A stretch of DNA of 64,000 bases from Octopus vulgaris (GCA_951406725.2 OX597824.1:70370001-70434000); one strand, 5' to 3'. Positions 16,664-30,480 are shown, counted from the stretch's first letter. Numbers and translations: made by a program. Notes: generated from the letters alone by a model not told the origin.

Positions 16664-17004
16664 CATATATGTAAATATTTTAACTTGCAACATATATATA
16701 TATACATACACACACACACACACATCATTATATATATGTATATATGGACACGGACACACATGTATACGTGTGAGTGTGTGCATGGATGCATCTAATGTAA
16801 ATAAAAAAAACCTGTTATATATATTTTATTACTATATATAATGTCCTACATACATATATTATATATATATTACACACATGGATATATATGCATATATTAT
16901 AAATTAGCCGTTAATTAAACATTTACGTATTATATAGCCACGAAGATACATAGTCACACACACAAACACATACACACACATGAGACAGACAGACAGATAT
17001 GCCA

Positions 17005-17369
17005 TTCTTTTATTCTTTTACGTGTTTCAGTCATTTGACTTCGGCCATGCTGGAGCACCGCCTGTAGTCGAACAAATCGACACTAGGACTAATTCTTAGT
17101 ACGACTAGTACTTTTCTATCGGTCTCTTTTCGCCGAAGGGGACGTAAACACTCCAACACCGGTTATGAAGCGATGGTGGGTGGGAGATAAACATAGACAC
17201 AAATAACAAATACATACATAAGTATACATATATATATACGACGGGCTTCTTTCAGTTTCCGTCTACCAAATCCACTCAGAAGACACTTGACCAAGTATTC
17301 CATCACTCTATTTTTGCCGAACCGTTATGTTATGGGGACAGACAAACACAAACACAAACACACACGGAA

Positions 17370-17432
<63 letters not shown>

Positions 17433-17435
17433 CAC

Positions 17436-17471
<36 letters not shown>

Positions 17472-17634
17472 GACAGGCTTCTTTCCGTTTCCGTCGACTC
17501 ACCAGCCTTTGGTTGGCCCCGGGTAATATAGTGGTGGATACACAAGGTACTGCACAGTGAGACCGATCCCAAAACATAATGGTTGGGAAGCAAGCTCCGT
17601 ATCATTGAACCACGCCTCCACCTACAATCAGTAT

Positions 17635-17726
<92 letters not shown>

Positions 17727-18215
17727 GAAATGTTCGTGTGGTAGATATTTCGTATATATATAATTTAAGATGCGATATAATATATAAGGAAACATTCTAC
17801 CCTAATCTCCAATTATATTCTGCTTTTGAATATACACTCTGTTATAAATACAATAAACGAAATATCTGAGGGCAAATTATGCTTAATGTCTCATTAGAAG
17901 CTGAATGGAGTTCTTAAGCAAATAAGTTTAGCTCTTATGTCATCTCGTTCGAAATACCAATTCCTCAGTACATATATGTATGTAATTATTCAGACTTTAC
18001 ACTCTTTTACTAGTTTCAGTCATTAGACTGCGCGGCCATGCTGAAGCACCTTCTTAAAGAATTTTTAGTCGAATAAATCGACCTCATTACCGTTTTGGCT
18101 TTTTTTTTTTTTTTTTTTTTTTTAATAGCCTGGTACTTATTTTAGCGATCTCTTTGGCTGAACCACTAACACCGGTCGTCAAACAATGGTGAGGGACATG
18201 CACACACACACACAC

Positions 18216-18256
<41 letters not shown>

Positions 18257-18320
18257 ATATGACGAGCTTCTTTCAGTTTCCGTCAACCAAAAATTCACAA
18301 GTATTTAGTCCGCTTGAGGC
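17005..18320 (-). mobile_element. Cluster of SINE family B copies and fragments (about 17005-17290, 17300-17620, 17995-18320)
   Basis: Repeated GTTTCAGTCATT..GGCCATGCTG and CTTCTTTCAGTTTCCGTC motifs. Confidence 0.8.
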
Positions 18321-18479
18321 TATATGTGTGTGTGTGCGTGTGTGTATGTGTGCGTGTGTGTGTGTACGTGCGTGTATATATATGTATATACATTATCTAC
18401 ATGGATTATATTTATACACAAGTAAAAATATATAGTAGCATACACACACATATCCACACACACACACACACACATCCAC

Positions 18480-18530
<51 letters not shown>

Positions 18531-18776
18531 TGCGTGTATATATATATATATATATATATATCCTCTACATAGAAACATACATAATATACACACGTATACA
18601 TTTGTGTGGGTGCGTGTTTGTGTGTTGAGTATAGATTGTTTTTTGTTTTTTTTTTGTAAATGGGTTATCACTTGACATACAAAGAAATAATAGGCCGTCC
18701 ATTTTTTGACAACTGACCTAAAGAATTCAACACACATACATGCATGAATATATATATATGTATATATATATATATG

Positions 18777-18812
<36 letters not shown>

Positions 18813-18831
18813 TGTATGTATGTTTATATAT

Positions 18832-18908
<77 letters not shown>

Positions 18909-19174
18909 ATACATACATACACACACACATTCGCACACATCTTGCGTGCGGTCGAATATACCGCAGAACGAATTTCGAAGCTTCGGTGAAAGTTTGTTCT
19001 ATATAATATAGCCATTACCATTCGTTATTAGTAAATTATGTTTGTTTGATTTTTTTTTTGTTGTTATTTTTGCATTCTCAAAATCCTTTTAGAGTAACAA
19101 ACCATAAATTAGCTTACTTTGTATATACACATCACATAAATATATAAAATGAAACATATATATACATATATATA

Positions 19175-19210
<36 letters not shown>

Positions 19211-19441
19211 TGTATGTATGTATGTATGTATGCGTGTGGTAATGTATATATAACCCGAACTAGGAAATAATGATGTATTTCGGCAGAATATTACGACAGA
19301 CTAGTAAATATAGCTCGGTTTGCAACAAAACATAAATGGGTTCAATCCTTTTGTGCGACCCCAACAGCTCAGAGATGTCCTGTGCCTTGCGACAGAATTT
19401 CGTAGAAAGAAAATTGTTGATGACATCTGTGGTGTCTATGT

Positions 19442-19490
<49 letters not shown>

Positions 19491-19672
19491 GATAGTATAT
19501 ATTAACGATAATCTGTAATCGACATGACACGGGCTATTTTAGATACCAAATCCCATTTGTTAACTTTAACCGTGATTATAATAAGCGGCTTCAACAATAT
19601 GTGCGTGTGTGGTTGTGCCTGTATACTTATAATATACAAACAGAAACATAGTCACATACATAATGTATAAGT

Positions 19673-19749
<77 letters not shown>

Positions 19750-20133
19750 TATATTATATATATAATGTACAATTCAGGCATATATAAAATTATAAAATAA
19801 ATGTGCATCACATGAAATATATATATCACGAAATATAGTCTGCTGTAATATGCGTGTGTACAGACCGTGTGTGTGTGTGTGTGTGTGGTTACGTGGCTGG
19901 CAGACATAATTATTTCATACAATACCTGAGCTTTATATCTCAGACATAATTTCATGAAATATTACCTTGATCGTTACACACACACACAAACACACACAAG
20001 CAGTTACAGACATTTCAGCATACAGCTACACAACCACATACACACACACACACATAATCCCATTTACATTTACAACATTTACGTACAAACACACAATCAC
20101 ACAGAGGAACAAATTCATACATACATACATACA

Positions 20134-20163
20134 TACATGCACGTACACAGATTTTATATATAT

Positions 20164-20198
<35 letters not shown>

Positions 20199-20213
20199 TA
20201 CATACATACATAT

Positions 20214-20248
<35 letters not shown>

Positions 20249-21083
20249 CATACATATATATATATACATACATATATATATATATATATATACATACATA
20301 TATATATATAAACATGCATACATACATACATATATACATACATACATGCATACATACATATATATATATATAAACACACACCTGCAGATGCACACATATT
20401 CACATACATGCAATCAGGTATTCACACATTTAAAGATGCAAAAACAGACAGAATCACAATTTAATCAACCCCTGAAAGTAATTATTTGTTAAACTGGCAA
20501 AAAGAAATTGAAGCAAAGAGGCGGCTCAATTATATCGACCTCAGTATGTAGCTGGTACTTTATTTTATAAAGTACAAGCTTCTTTTATAAAAACTCTGGA
20601 AAGAAATAACAGGCAGAATTCGAACATAAAACGGAAAGGATTGCAATTATATAAGACAATGGGTGTATATGCATGTATATATACATGTGTATATATACAT
20701 GTGTATATACATGCATATACACCCATTGTCTTATATAATTGCAATCCTTTCCGTTTTATGTTCGAATTCTGCCTGTTATTTCTTTCCAGAGTTTTTATAA
20801 AGAAGCTTGTACTTTATAAAATAAAGTACCAGCTACATACTGAGGTCGATATAATTGAGCCGCCTCTTTGCTTCAATTTCTTTTTGCCAGTTTAACAAAT
20901 AATTACTTTCAGGGGTTGATTAAATTGTGATTCTGTCTGTTTTTGCATCTCTAAATGTGTGAATACCTGATTGCATGTATGTGAATATGTGTGCATCTGC
21001 AGGTGTGTGTTTATATATATATATATGTATGTATGCATGTATGTATGTATATATGTATGTATGCATGTTTATATATATATATG

Positions 21084-21133
<50 letters not shown>

Positions 21134-21149
21134 CATATATATATATGTA

Positions 21150-21198
<49 letters not shown>

Positions 21199-21226
21199 AT
21201 ATATAAAATCTGTGTACGTGCATGTA
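20134..21226. repeat. About 1.1-kb near-perfect palindrome (inverted duplication) centred at about 20692
   Basis: The unique core 20380-20681 is the reverse complement of about 20704-21005, with one substitution (TTTAAAGATG vs TTTAGAGATG) and one 1-bp indel. The arms end at TACATGCACGTACACAG and CTGTGTACGTGCATGTA. Confidence 0.95.
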
Positions 21227-21488
21227 CACAGATATATATTCATACATATGTGTAGACAGACAGACAGATAGATAGATAGATAGATAGATAGATATGAGTG
21301 TGTATACACACACGTCGCACACACACACGCATTTATGTACATACAATTTATACATATATGCATATATTACACAATTTCATACAATACTAACTTGATCGTG
21401 TCATATCTTTACACACGCACACACATGTAGATATTTAGAGAGAAAGTGAGAGAAACAGACAAACAGACAGAGAGGGACATATCTCTGA

Positions 21489-21525
<37 letters not shown>

Positions 21526-21595
21526 AGTATACGTCATTCGGTTTGACTTGACATCTGGACTACTTTGAGCAGAGGCCACTTTGACGCAAATCTAC

Positions 21596-21650
<55 letters not shown>

Positions 21651-21972
21651 TAATGGCTTCCAACATAGTTTCCGTCTCCAAAATTCCAGTTTTGGTGTAG
21701 GTTTTCATCAACAAGAGACAAAATGAAAAGATACATATCCAAGTAGCTGGGCAGCGGAGTGGAACCCGGTACCATGTCGTTGCGAAGAAAACTCCTTAAC
21801 CACACGACTATACCGACGCCCATGCTAAAAATCTCATCGTTATTATCATTATTATTGAGCGAGAGAGGCAATGCATGTCATCTAAGTGACACTAGGGTTC
21901 AAATATACGAAGCCCAATATACCTATCATGACTACACGTCATCATCATTTTTTAGTATCATTATCAATATTA

Positions 21973-23127
21973 GGGCGGGGAACCCGGGAGAATCGTTAGC
22001 ACGCTGGACGAAATGCTTAGCGGTATTTCGTCTGCCGCTACGTTCTGAGTTCAAATTCCGCCGAGGTCGACTTTGCCTTTCATCCCTTCGGAGTCGAATA
22101 ATTAAGTACCAGTTACGCACTGGGGTCGATATAATCGACTTAATCCGTTTGTCTGTCCTTGTTTGTCCTCTCTGTGTTTAGCCTCTTGTGGATAGTAAAG
22201 AAATAGGTATTTCGCCCGTCGGTACGTTCTGAGTTCAAATTCCACCGAGGGTCGACTTTATCTTTCATCCCCCCAAATTTCAGGCCTTGTGCCTATAGAA
22301 GAAAGGATTTTATTATAATCATTATTAAGGTGGCGAGCTGGCAGAATCGTTAAGCACGCTGGACGGAATGCTTAGCGGTATTTCGCCCGTCGCTAAGTTC
22401 TGAGTTCAAATTCCGCCGAGGTTGACTTTACCTTTCATCTTTTCGGGGTTAATGTAATCGACTTAATCATCTCCCGCAAACTGCCCTTGTGGCAAAAATT
22501 TGAAATCATTATTATTATTATAACTAATATGTGGAACTGGCAGAATCGTTAGCACATCAGGCAAAGTGTTCAGCGGCATTTCGACCGTCTTTACGTTCCG
22601 AGGTCAAATTCCGCCGAGGTCGACTTTACCTTTCATCCTTTCGGGGTCGGTGAAATAAGTATAAGTTGGGCACTAGGGTACGATGAAATCGACTAGTCCT
22701 TTCACACGACAGTTCAACTCTTGTGCCGGACAAAAAACACTTAGTAACATTTTGTCCGTCGTTACGATCTTAGTTCAAATTCCATCGAGATCGATTTTGT
22801 CCATCGTTCTTTCGGGGTCGATGAAGTACTAGGATCAATGTAATTCACTAGCCCCTCCCCATAAATTTCAGCCCTTGCGCCTTTAGTAGAAAAGATCATT
22901 ATTATTACTATTATTATTATTATTATTATTATTATTTTTATTACTGGACGAAATGCTTATGGTATTTCTTCTGTCTTAACGTTCTGAGTTCAAATTCCGC
23001 CGAGGTCTACTTTGTATTTCATCCTTTCGGGGTCGATAAATGAAGTACCAGTGAAACACTAGAGTCGATGCAATCGACTACTACCCTTCCCCCAAAACTT
23101 CAGGCCTCCTGCCTTTAGTAGAAAGAA
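21973..23127 (+). mobile_element. Head-to-tail cluster of 5-6 SINE family A copies, mostly separated by (ATT)n tails
   Basis: B-box/Nin-like segment TCAAATTCC..CGAG recurs near 22050, 22235, 22405, 22603, 22775 and 22990. Most copies end in GCCTTGTGCC..AGAAAGGATT(ATT)n. Confidence 0.88.
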
Positions 23128-23540
23128 TTATTATTATTATTATTATTATTAGTATTAGTATTATTATTATTGTTATTATTATTATTGGAGGGTTTGCTTG
23201 GTAGAGCATTTAGGAAGGGCGGTTGGATGAAACACACTGGGTTTATTATTTCTTGTGGTTCTTTACTAACTGATTTCCAATCCCGCTTGGCGTAATAAGC
23301 TTGGCATTTCAGCCCCTACTGGGGCCATGAAATAAGAGTACATACCACTCTCCCAACTCTCTCTCTCCTCTCACACTCACTCACTCACTCTCTCACTGTG
23401 CATGTTAGTAACAATAAGTAGGTATTTACTAGGCTGAAAAAAAGAACATTTAACTAAATTTTAAATTTAAAAAAACCTTCCCAAGTACACAGTCTAGTCA
23501 TAGTGACTTTAAACGAACATCTGGCACCACTTATAATTTA

Positions 23541-23627
<87 letters not shown>

Positions 23628-23753
23628 GTATATATATATATATATTATATACATGCATATGCATATACATAAATATGTGTACATAATATATATATATATT
23701 ATTGTGTATGTACAGACACATATATATCCATATATGCACACAAACACACACAC

Positions 23754-24117
23754 ACTCCGTCGGTTATGACGACGAGGGTTCCAGTTGATCCGATCAACGG
23801 AACAGCCTACTCATGAAATTAACGTGCAAGTGGCTGAGAACTCCACAGACACGTGTAACCCTTAACGTAGTTCTCGGGGGGAGATTCAACGTTACACAGA
23901 GTGTGACAGGCTGGCCCTTTTGAAATACTGGTACATACAACAGAAACAGAAAGAAAGAGTGAGAGGAAGTTGATGTGAAAGAGTACAGCCGGGTTCACCA
24001 CCACCCCCTGCCAGAGCATCGTGGAGCTTTAGGTGCTTTCGCTCGGTCCGGGAATCGAAACCGCGATCCCACGACCGCGAGTCTGCTACCCTAACCTCTG
24101 AGCCATTGCGCCTCCAC
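23754..24117 (-). mobile_element. SINE family C (tRNA-derived)
   Basis: Minus-strand head GTGGAGGCGCAATGGCTCAGAGGTTAGGG...GGTTTCGATTCCCGG (A and B boxes), flanked by CA repeats. Single copy here; family status is from recollection. Confidence 0.75.
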
Positions 24118-24451
24118 ACACACACATATGTATATATAGTAAATATGTATATTATGTGTGTGTTACTCTACCTTTTTGCCCTAAAATAATCATATCTTAG
24201 GTTAGGTCCCACCAACTAGTGGTACGGCAGACAGATATCGATAAAAAAGAGGACGAGACAGATAGGGACATAATCGCTGAAAAGCCACAGGGGCGGTGCC
24301 CTATTATGGCTGCGATTGAATGTCTGACACACACAGAGTAAAGTTCGGTGTAGGAGTGTAAATATATATATACATACATATATACACATGCACACACACA
24401 TACATATATGATGTATTTACACATACATATAAAACTTATATACATAGTTAC

Positions 24452-24486
<35 letters not shown>

Positions 24487-24672
24487 TATATACACATACA
24501 TATTCATACCTGCACACACACACACACATATAGATATATGTGTTTACAAATATATGCATATATACATATATATATACACCGACACGTCTATAAACATATA
24601 TACATGTAAATGCAGACTCACACACACACACACGCATATTACTCTCTCTCTCTCTCTCTCTCTACACTTTTA

Positions 24673-24746
<74 letters not shown>

Positions 24747-24816
24747 TATATATATATTTACATTTGTGTACAAATATGAGAACACCCTCACTTCAGCATG
24801 CGTGAGTCTGTATACT

Positions 24817-24890
<74 letters not shown>

Positions 24891-25339
24891 TGTGTGTCTG
24901 ATTATGCGTATATGCGTCGATGAGTAATTTATATGCATTATATCCGTGTCATAATTTCTCTTGAATTAATTACCAGCCGATCTCGGATCACACACACACA
25001 CACACACACGACCACAAACGCACACATAAGACTGTACATATACATACATGTATGTTTGTATGTACGATCGTGTATATGTGTAATGCATACAATGTATGTA
25101 CGGCTATACATTCGAGAGGTTTCGCATACAATGTAGTTGGTGATAATTACTTGTCATCGTTATAATACTTTCCGTCATCAGGAGTCATTGTCATGATATA
25201 ATATACTGCGTTATATCATATATACTATAAACAATTTATATACTGCGTTTATATATATATACGTTTAAATATACATACACACGCTCACACATATATACAC
25301 ACATGAATATATACATATATATATACATATCTGCATATA

Positions 25340-25371
<32 letters not shown>

Positions 25372-25441
25372 CATACCTGCATATATAAATTTATATATAT
25401 ATACATACACATATATGTATATATATACATATATATATGTA

Positions 25442-25472
<31 letters not shown>

Positions 25473-25955
25473 GCATATGTGCACATATATATCCGCACAT
25501 ATATGCACACACACGCACCCATATACATGTATCTGTCTGTCTGAGTGTATGTATGCACACACACACACACACATGCACTTAACTATAATTTGGTTTATTT
25601 TTATCATAATTTTCACAGGAAATTTTCGTTAAATATATTTGGTTACTAATTAATAATCGTTTCCTAATTATGGTTTATTACCAACTTTAATTACATTTGA
25701 CCAGATCATTAAGGAGTTTCCCACTGGAGCATACCAGTGATATTGTTCTGTCACCGCTCCATCCCGTTTTCATCTTCCCAAACTGACCCCCTAAAAAGGG
25801 AAACTGCTGTGAACGGAAACTGAGCACTCCGTAGAACAGAATTTCCTCGTCGGTTGCACCCGGGATTTGAAACCGCCAACTGTCCGATTACTGTCTGTAG
25901 TATATAGCGAGCATTTCAGTCAAGATGACTGGACTGATGATAACCCAAGAATTTG

Positions 25956-26045
25956 TAGTAGTGGTTAAGAGCGCAGGCTACTAACCCCAAGATTCCGAGT
26001 TCGATTCCGGGCAGTGACCTGAATACTACTACTACTACTACCACC

Positions 26046-26089
<44 letters not shown>

Positions 26090-26243
26090 CAACATCGAAA
26101 ATACCTCAGGAATGAGAACCCAGGTTCGAAATTTCCCCAAGACACCTGATGAAGGCTGGGGGGTATACCAGCCGAAACGTTGTGTTAACAACAAACATGA
26201 TGAGGACAAATATCCGTCAATTGTAAATAATGTAAATAATGTG
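25956..26243 (+). mobile_element. tRNA-headed SINE carrying a hammerhead ribozyme, 11-bp TSD
   Basis: TAGTGGTTAAG..GGCTACTAACC..GAGTTCGATTCC head, (ACT/AAT/AAC)n linker, hammerhead at 26141-26186 and (TGTAAATAA)2 tail. TSD CCAAGAATTTG at 25945-25955 and 26244-26254. Confidence 0.85.
26141..26186 (+). ncRNA. Minimal type I hammerhead ribozyme
   Basis: Stem I GACAC/GTGTT, core CTGATGA (26146-26152) plus an extra A, stem II GGCTGG/CCAGCC, GAAA (26174-26177), palindromic mini stem III (AACGTT), GUU triplet ending at 26181. Confidence 0.78.
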
Positions 26244-26598
26244 CCAAGAATTTGAGCCTTCACTCTTCCATTTGTTGTTTAAGCTGTTGTTGGGATGAAA
26301 TGAAGGTCTTGTAGGCCCCAATCCAGTGTTGATCGAACAGACAGGCCTTATTATCAATGTTATTCCACCCATGGCCATCCCATTAATGATATCTTTAGAG
26401 ACATATTCTATCCACTATTTCATTCTTGTAGACATCCGATTAAGACTTGATCGAATAGAAAAGCCTTATTATCAATGCTATTCCATCCACGACCACCATT
26501 ATCAATATCTTCACAGAATCTTCAGTTTACTATTTTTATTTTTTTATTTTATTTTTAAGTGTTGTTTTCAAACATTGGACCAAGTAAATTCCTGACCG

Positions 26599-26955
26599 GG
26601 GTGCATTGCCTTCTATGACCAGTGTGGCAAGTCGGGTACTGAATCGGGTATGGCGGGGTGTATCACATCGAATGGGGAAAAGCCGGATAAGATTATAAAT
26701 GAGTGCATTACCTTCTCCGGGTTGGGTAGGACGAGTACTGAATTAGGTAATAATAGGGTACATCAAGCATCTCGGGTGGAAAAAGCCAAGGATTGAAGTA
26801 AGATAACGGCAGGGTACACTGCCGCTCTGGGTGAGGTAGGACCGTTGCTGAATAAAGCCTAGGCGGGGTACTTCACCTTTCTCGAGTGGGGAAGCCCGGG
26901 TATTAAGTAAAGTTTCGTGAGGTGAAAAGAGGGTACATTGCCTTCTATGGGTGGA
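26599..26955. repeat. Degenerate ~55-bp minisatellite with alternating (dimeric) units
   Basis: GGGTRCATYRCC-like unit starts at 26599, 26656, 26701, 26756, 26812, 26866 and 26931. Confidence 0.75.
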
Positions 26956-27278
26956 GTCTATATAAGACTACCCCATCGAATGCGTCTGGTCTGCTGAGAA
27001 AAAGGATATTTGACTGCTGTTTCTAGCGGTTCAAGTGACTGTAGGGGCTACTGTAGATTCTATTTTAAATTTAATATTTCGAAGTCTATATATTATGAAA
27101 ATAATGTGTATGCATTTATTATTTTTATTATGTATGTATAAGTGTGCGTATTTATGTGTGTATAAATGTGCGAATATATATGTGTGTGTATATATATATG
27201 TATAATATATAAATGATTGCATACATATGTGTAGGTGTGTGCATGTGCGTGTGAGTATATTTATCTGTATCTCTCTCT

Positions 27279-27326
<48 letters not shown>

Positions 27327-27454
27327 GGTATCTGTGTGTCTGCATGTGTATGTATTATAAATATGTATATATACACATATATATATGTAGATATATACAT
27401 ATATGTGCATATTTATTTATATATGTATGTATATATAATGCACATATAAATATG

Positions 27455-27497
<43 letters not shown>

Positions 27498-27937
27498 CAT
27501 ACAGACACACGCGTACACATGCATATATATAGTAATAACTAATCGTATATTACAACAGGATCGATTTAATTAATTGAACTATGACCCTCACCTCCAAATT
27601 GTTGGCCTTGTGTCCAATGTCAGCCGAAGCCATTAAATTCATCTTGTTTGTAGTATATGCGCAGTTTATGTAGATCAAGAAAGATTTTTAATTAAGTAAG
27701 GCTCCCTAAAAAGACGAGAATACGATTGGATTTGGCGATTCTTATAACTAGGTTCAAAGCAATTGACATCATTGTGTATTTATAGTCATTAATGCCTTCC
27801 ATAGAAAAAAAAAGAGCAAATAAGCAAAGCGGCGTGAATATGTAATCGTTAGACAAACTCATATTCCATGCCTTGAGAGTGTGTGTGTCTGTGTGTGTAG
27901 GTGTGTGTGTGCGTGTGTGTAAATATGTGGATGTATA

Positions 27938-27980
<43 letters not shown>

Positions 27981-28058
27981 GCGTACACACATGTAGTTAT
28001 ACATATATTATATACATATAATTATTATATACATAAATAATGTATATATGTATAATAC

Positions 28059-28122
<64 letters not shown>

Positions 28123-28213
28123 TTAAAATGTTGCCAACATATAAGTCTTGAAATTACATATGCATAGAAATAAATATACATTCTGTATTTAGACACACAC
28201 ATATGTGTATATA

Positions 28214-28260
<47 letters not shown>

Positions 28261-28865
28261 GTGTATGTATGTATGTACATATATACGTATATAAATATAC
28301 AAGTAGATATAGATGTATAATATATGTGTGTGTATATATACATACTTATAAATATATACATACACAATATATAATGTTCGCTTGTATGTGTGTAAATTAT
28401 ATATACATAATATATATACATGCATATATCTCTATATGTATACGCATATACACTCTTATATGTAACTGTATCCGGTGTGTAATTATGTATACATATATTT
28501 ATTAGTGCAACTATGTTTGTATATATACATTTATACAAGTATCACACACGCACACACGTCCATCGATTTCGGGCAGACTGAGCGTCCAGATTTCTGTTCG
28601 ATCAACTTAACTTAACGCCTCACTCATGCGAGAACGTTTGAGTCACAGATTTAGAGCCACGGTATATGGCCCAATTGCCTTAGCGCCAAGCTTATGTACC
28701 AAAAAATTACAAGCACTGGGGTCGATTCGTTCATGTACATACAAATCCTCCAAGGCTGTGCTCCAGAATGGACGCAGTCCGATGACTGAAATAAGTAAAA
28801 GATAAAATGTGCGCGCGAATTTATACGCGCTTAATCCGCATAATTGCCTATACACACAATATATA

Positions 28866-29036
28866 CGAAGGGGTAAAAGAAAATACAAGAGGATCAGTTA
28901 ATTATGATTTTATACAACATTTTGTACAGCGGTCCTTCGGTTTTTCTAAGCTCTGTAAATGAACTATGAAGATTGGTGCTCCAACCAGGCCTTTCGCGAC
29001 ATCCTTAAAGCCAGGAACTTTTCAGAAACCCTCTCC
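28866..29036 (-). mobile_element. Second mariner-derived MITE, degraded (left TIR largely deleted)
   Basis: TA on both sides (28864-28865, 29037-29038). The right end reads GGAGAGGGTTTCTGAAAAGTTCCTGGCTTT on the minus strand. Minus-strand peptide AWLEHQSS*F(fs)LQSLEKPKDRC resembles a mariner C-terminus. Confidence 0.6.
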
Positions 29037-29591
29037 TATATCGCTGTATCAACTAAACTATAAAGTGCCTTTACAAATCGCTGGTCACAATTCGCCATCA
29101 TTTTCCCTCTGATTGCGCCCATCTTTTCCATTTGGGCCTCAATTTTTGACTGTCGTCTTGAATGTCTCTTCTGAGAAATAGTCTCTTTAAATACTGGGGC
29201 ATTGAGGTTGCGAAGCGTGTATTTATGTCGTGTACATGTGTTTGGGTGGGTGAGGTCAGTTTGTACATATATACATCTATACATGTATATATTTATCGAC
29301 ACCCATCCATATACACACACACACACACGAACATTTTTGATGGACAGAAGCAAAGTTGAATGCTTAAGAAGTTCGATATCACACAATAGCGAAGCCCATT
29401 GATAATGGCACTTTGGGGTCCGCTGTATAATCCTGTATAGGTTTCGAGGTCCGGGGTGAGATGGTAAACTCCAAGACTACCCCGAGTAGTATACACACAC
29501 ACATACACACACACTTGTTGCGTCACTGATCTCACAGTCGCATCTTGCACCAGGGTCTTCCCCGTGCCATCAGGTCGACTGACCCAAGCCT

Positions 29592-29819
29592 TGTGACTGC
29601 GCTGGTTGACCTATAATCCGTCAGCAATTCAATATATCTAACCCAACAGAACTTGAGCTTTCGGAATTGCGCGATCATGTCATTTACTCCACTCCATTCC
29701 CAATTTATCATATTTCGGATGCTTTACAGCAATGATATTCCTAGCATGGAACTTTCCATGGTCTTCTCTCTCATATCCAGTTGTGGTTCCCCCTTCTTCG
29801 TAGGGGCCCATGTCGTACT
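29592..29819 (-). pseudogene. RTE-clade LINE fragment (post-RT C-terminal region)
   Basis: Minus-strand STTWAPTKKGEPQLDMREKTMESSMLGISLL*SIRNMINWEWSGVNDMIAQFRKLKFCWVRYIELLTDYRSTSAVT matches the RTE pattern ETWxLT..MERxMLGIS..IRN..GVxD..KxRWAGHVxR..DxRW. Confidence 0.8.
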
Positions 29820-30480
29820 TGGTTATATATATATATAATGTACTTATATGTAGGTATGTATGTATGCATGCATATAAACATATATATATTTAGATAGATA
29901 TATGCAAAGGTACATGTATGTGTACACACACGCACACACACACACACACACAAACGCAAGACAGGTTTCCGCACAGTTTCCGCCTGCCACTATTCACTCA
30001 GAAATCATCTGTAGATCCGGGGCTACAGTAGAAAATATTTCTTGGCCATAAATCCATATCTGCACCTCATAACGGGTGTCACCCTATTATATAAGCAGAT
30101 AAAGGTACATATAGACAGCCAGAGACAGACAGACAGACAGATAGATAAATACATATACACACAGAGAAAAACAAAAAAAAAATCTTTACACTGACACATA
30201 TATAATATATATCTGAGTGTGAGTGTGTGTGTGTGCGTGTGATTTGAGACTATTTTCTACATTTATCCCATAACTCAGTGTGTGTGTATACAGACACACA
30301 CACATACATATATAGTCCCTATTAATATATACATGCATAACTATATGTACAAACACAGGCATTTATATACGTGTGTATGTGTGTGTATGTGTACCCCATA
30401 TACGTAAATATGCTAACAATAATATATCTGACATATATGCAGGTATGTTATGTGTGTGACTTATATTTATGTATACATAC

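Noticed and set aside
21973-23127. Regularly recurring conserved motifs resembling a CRISPR array (also 26599-26955)
   Set aside because: Eukaryotic context, long degenerate units, homologous 'spacers' and no cas genes.
25166-25182. Minus-strand CTGATGA-CG-GAAA-GTA
   Set aside because: No room for stem II and no stem I pairing; likely chance.
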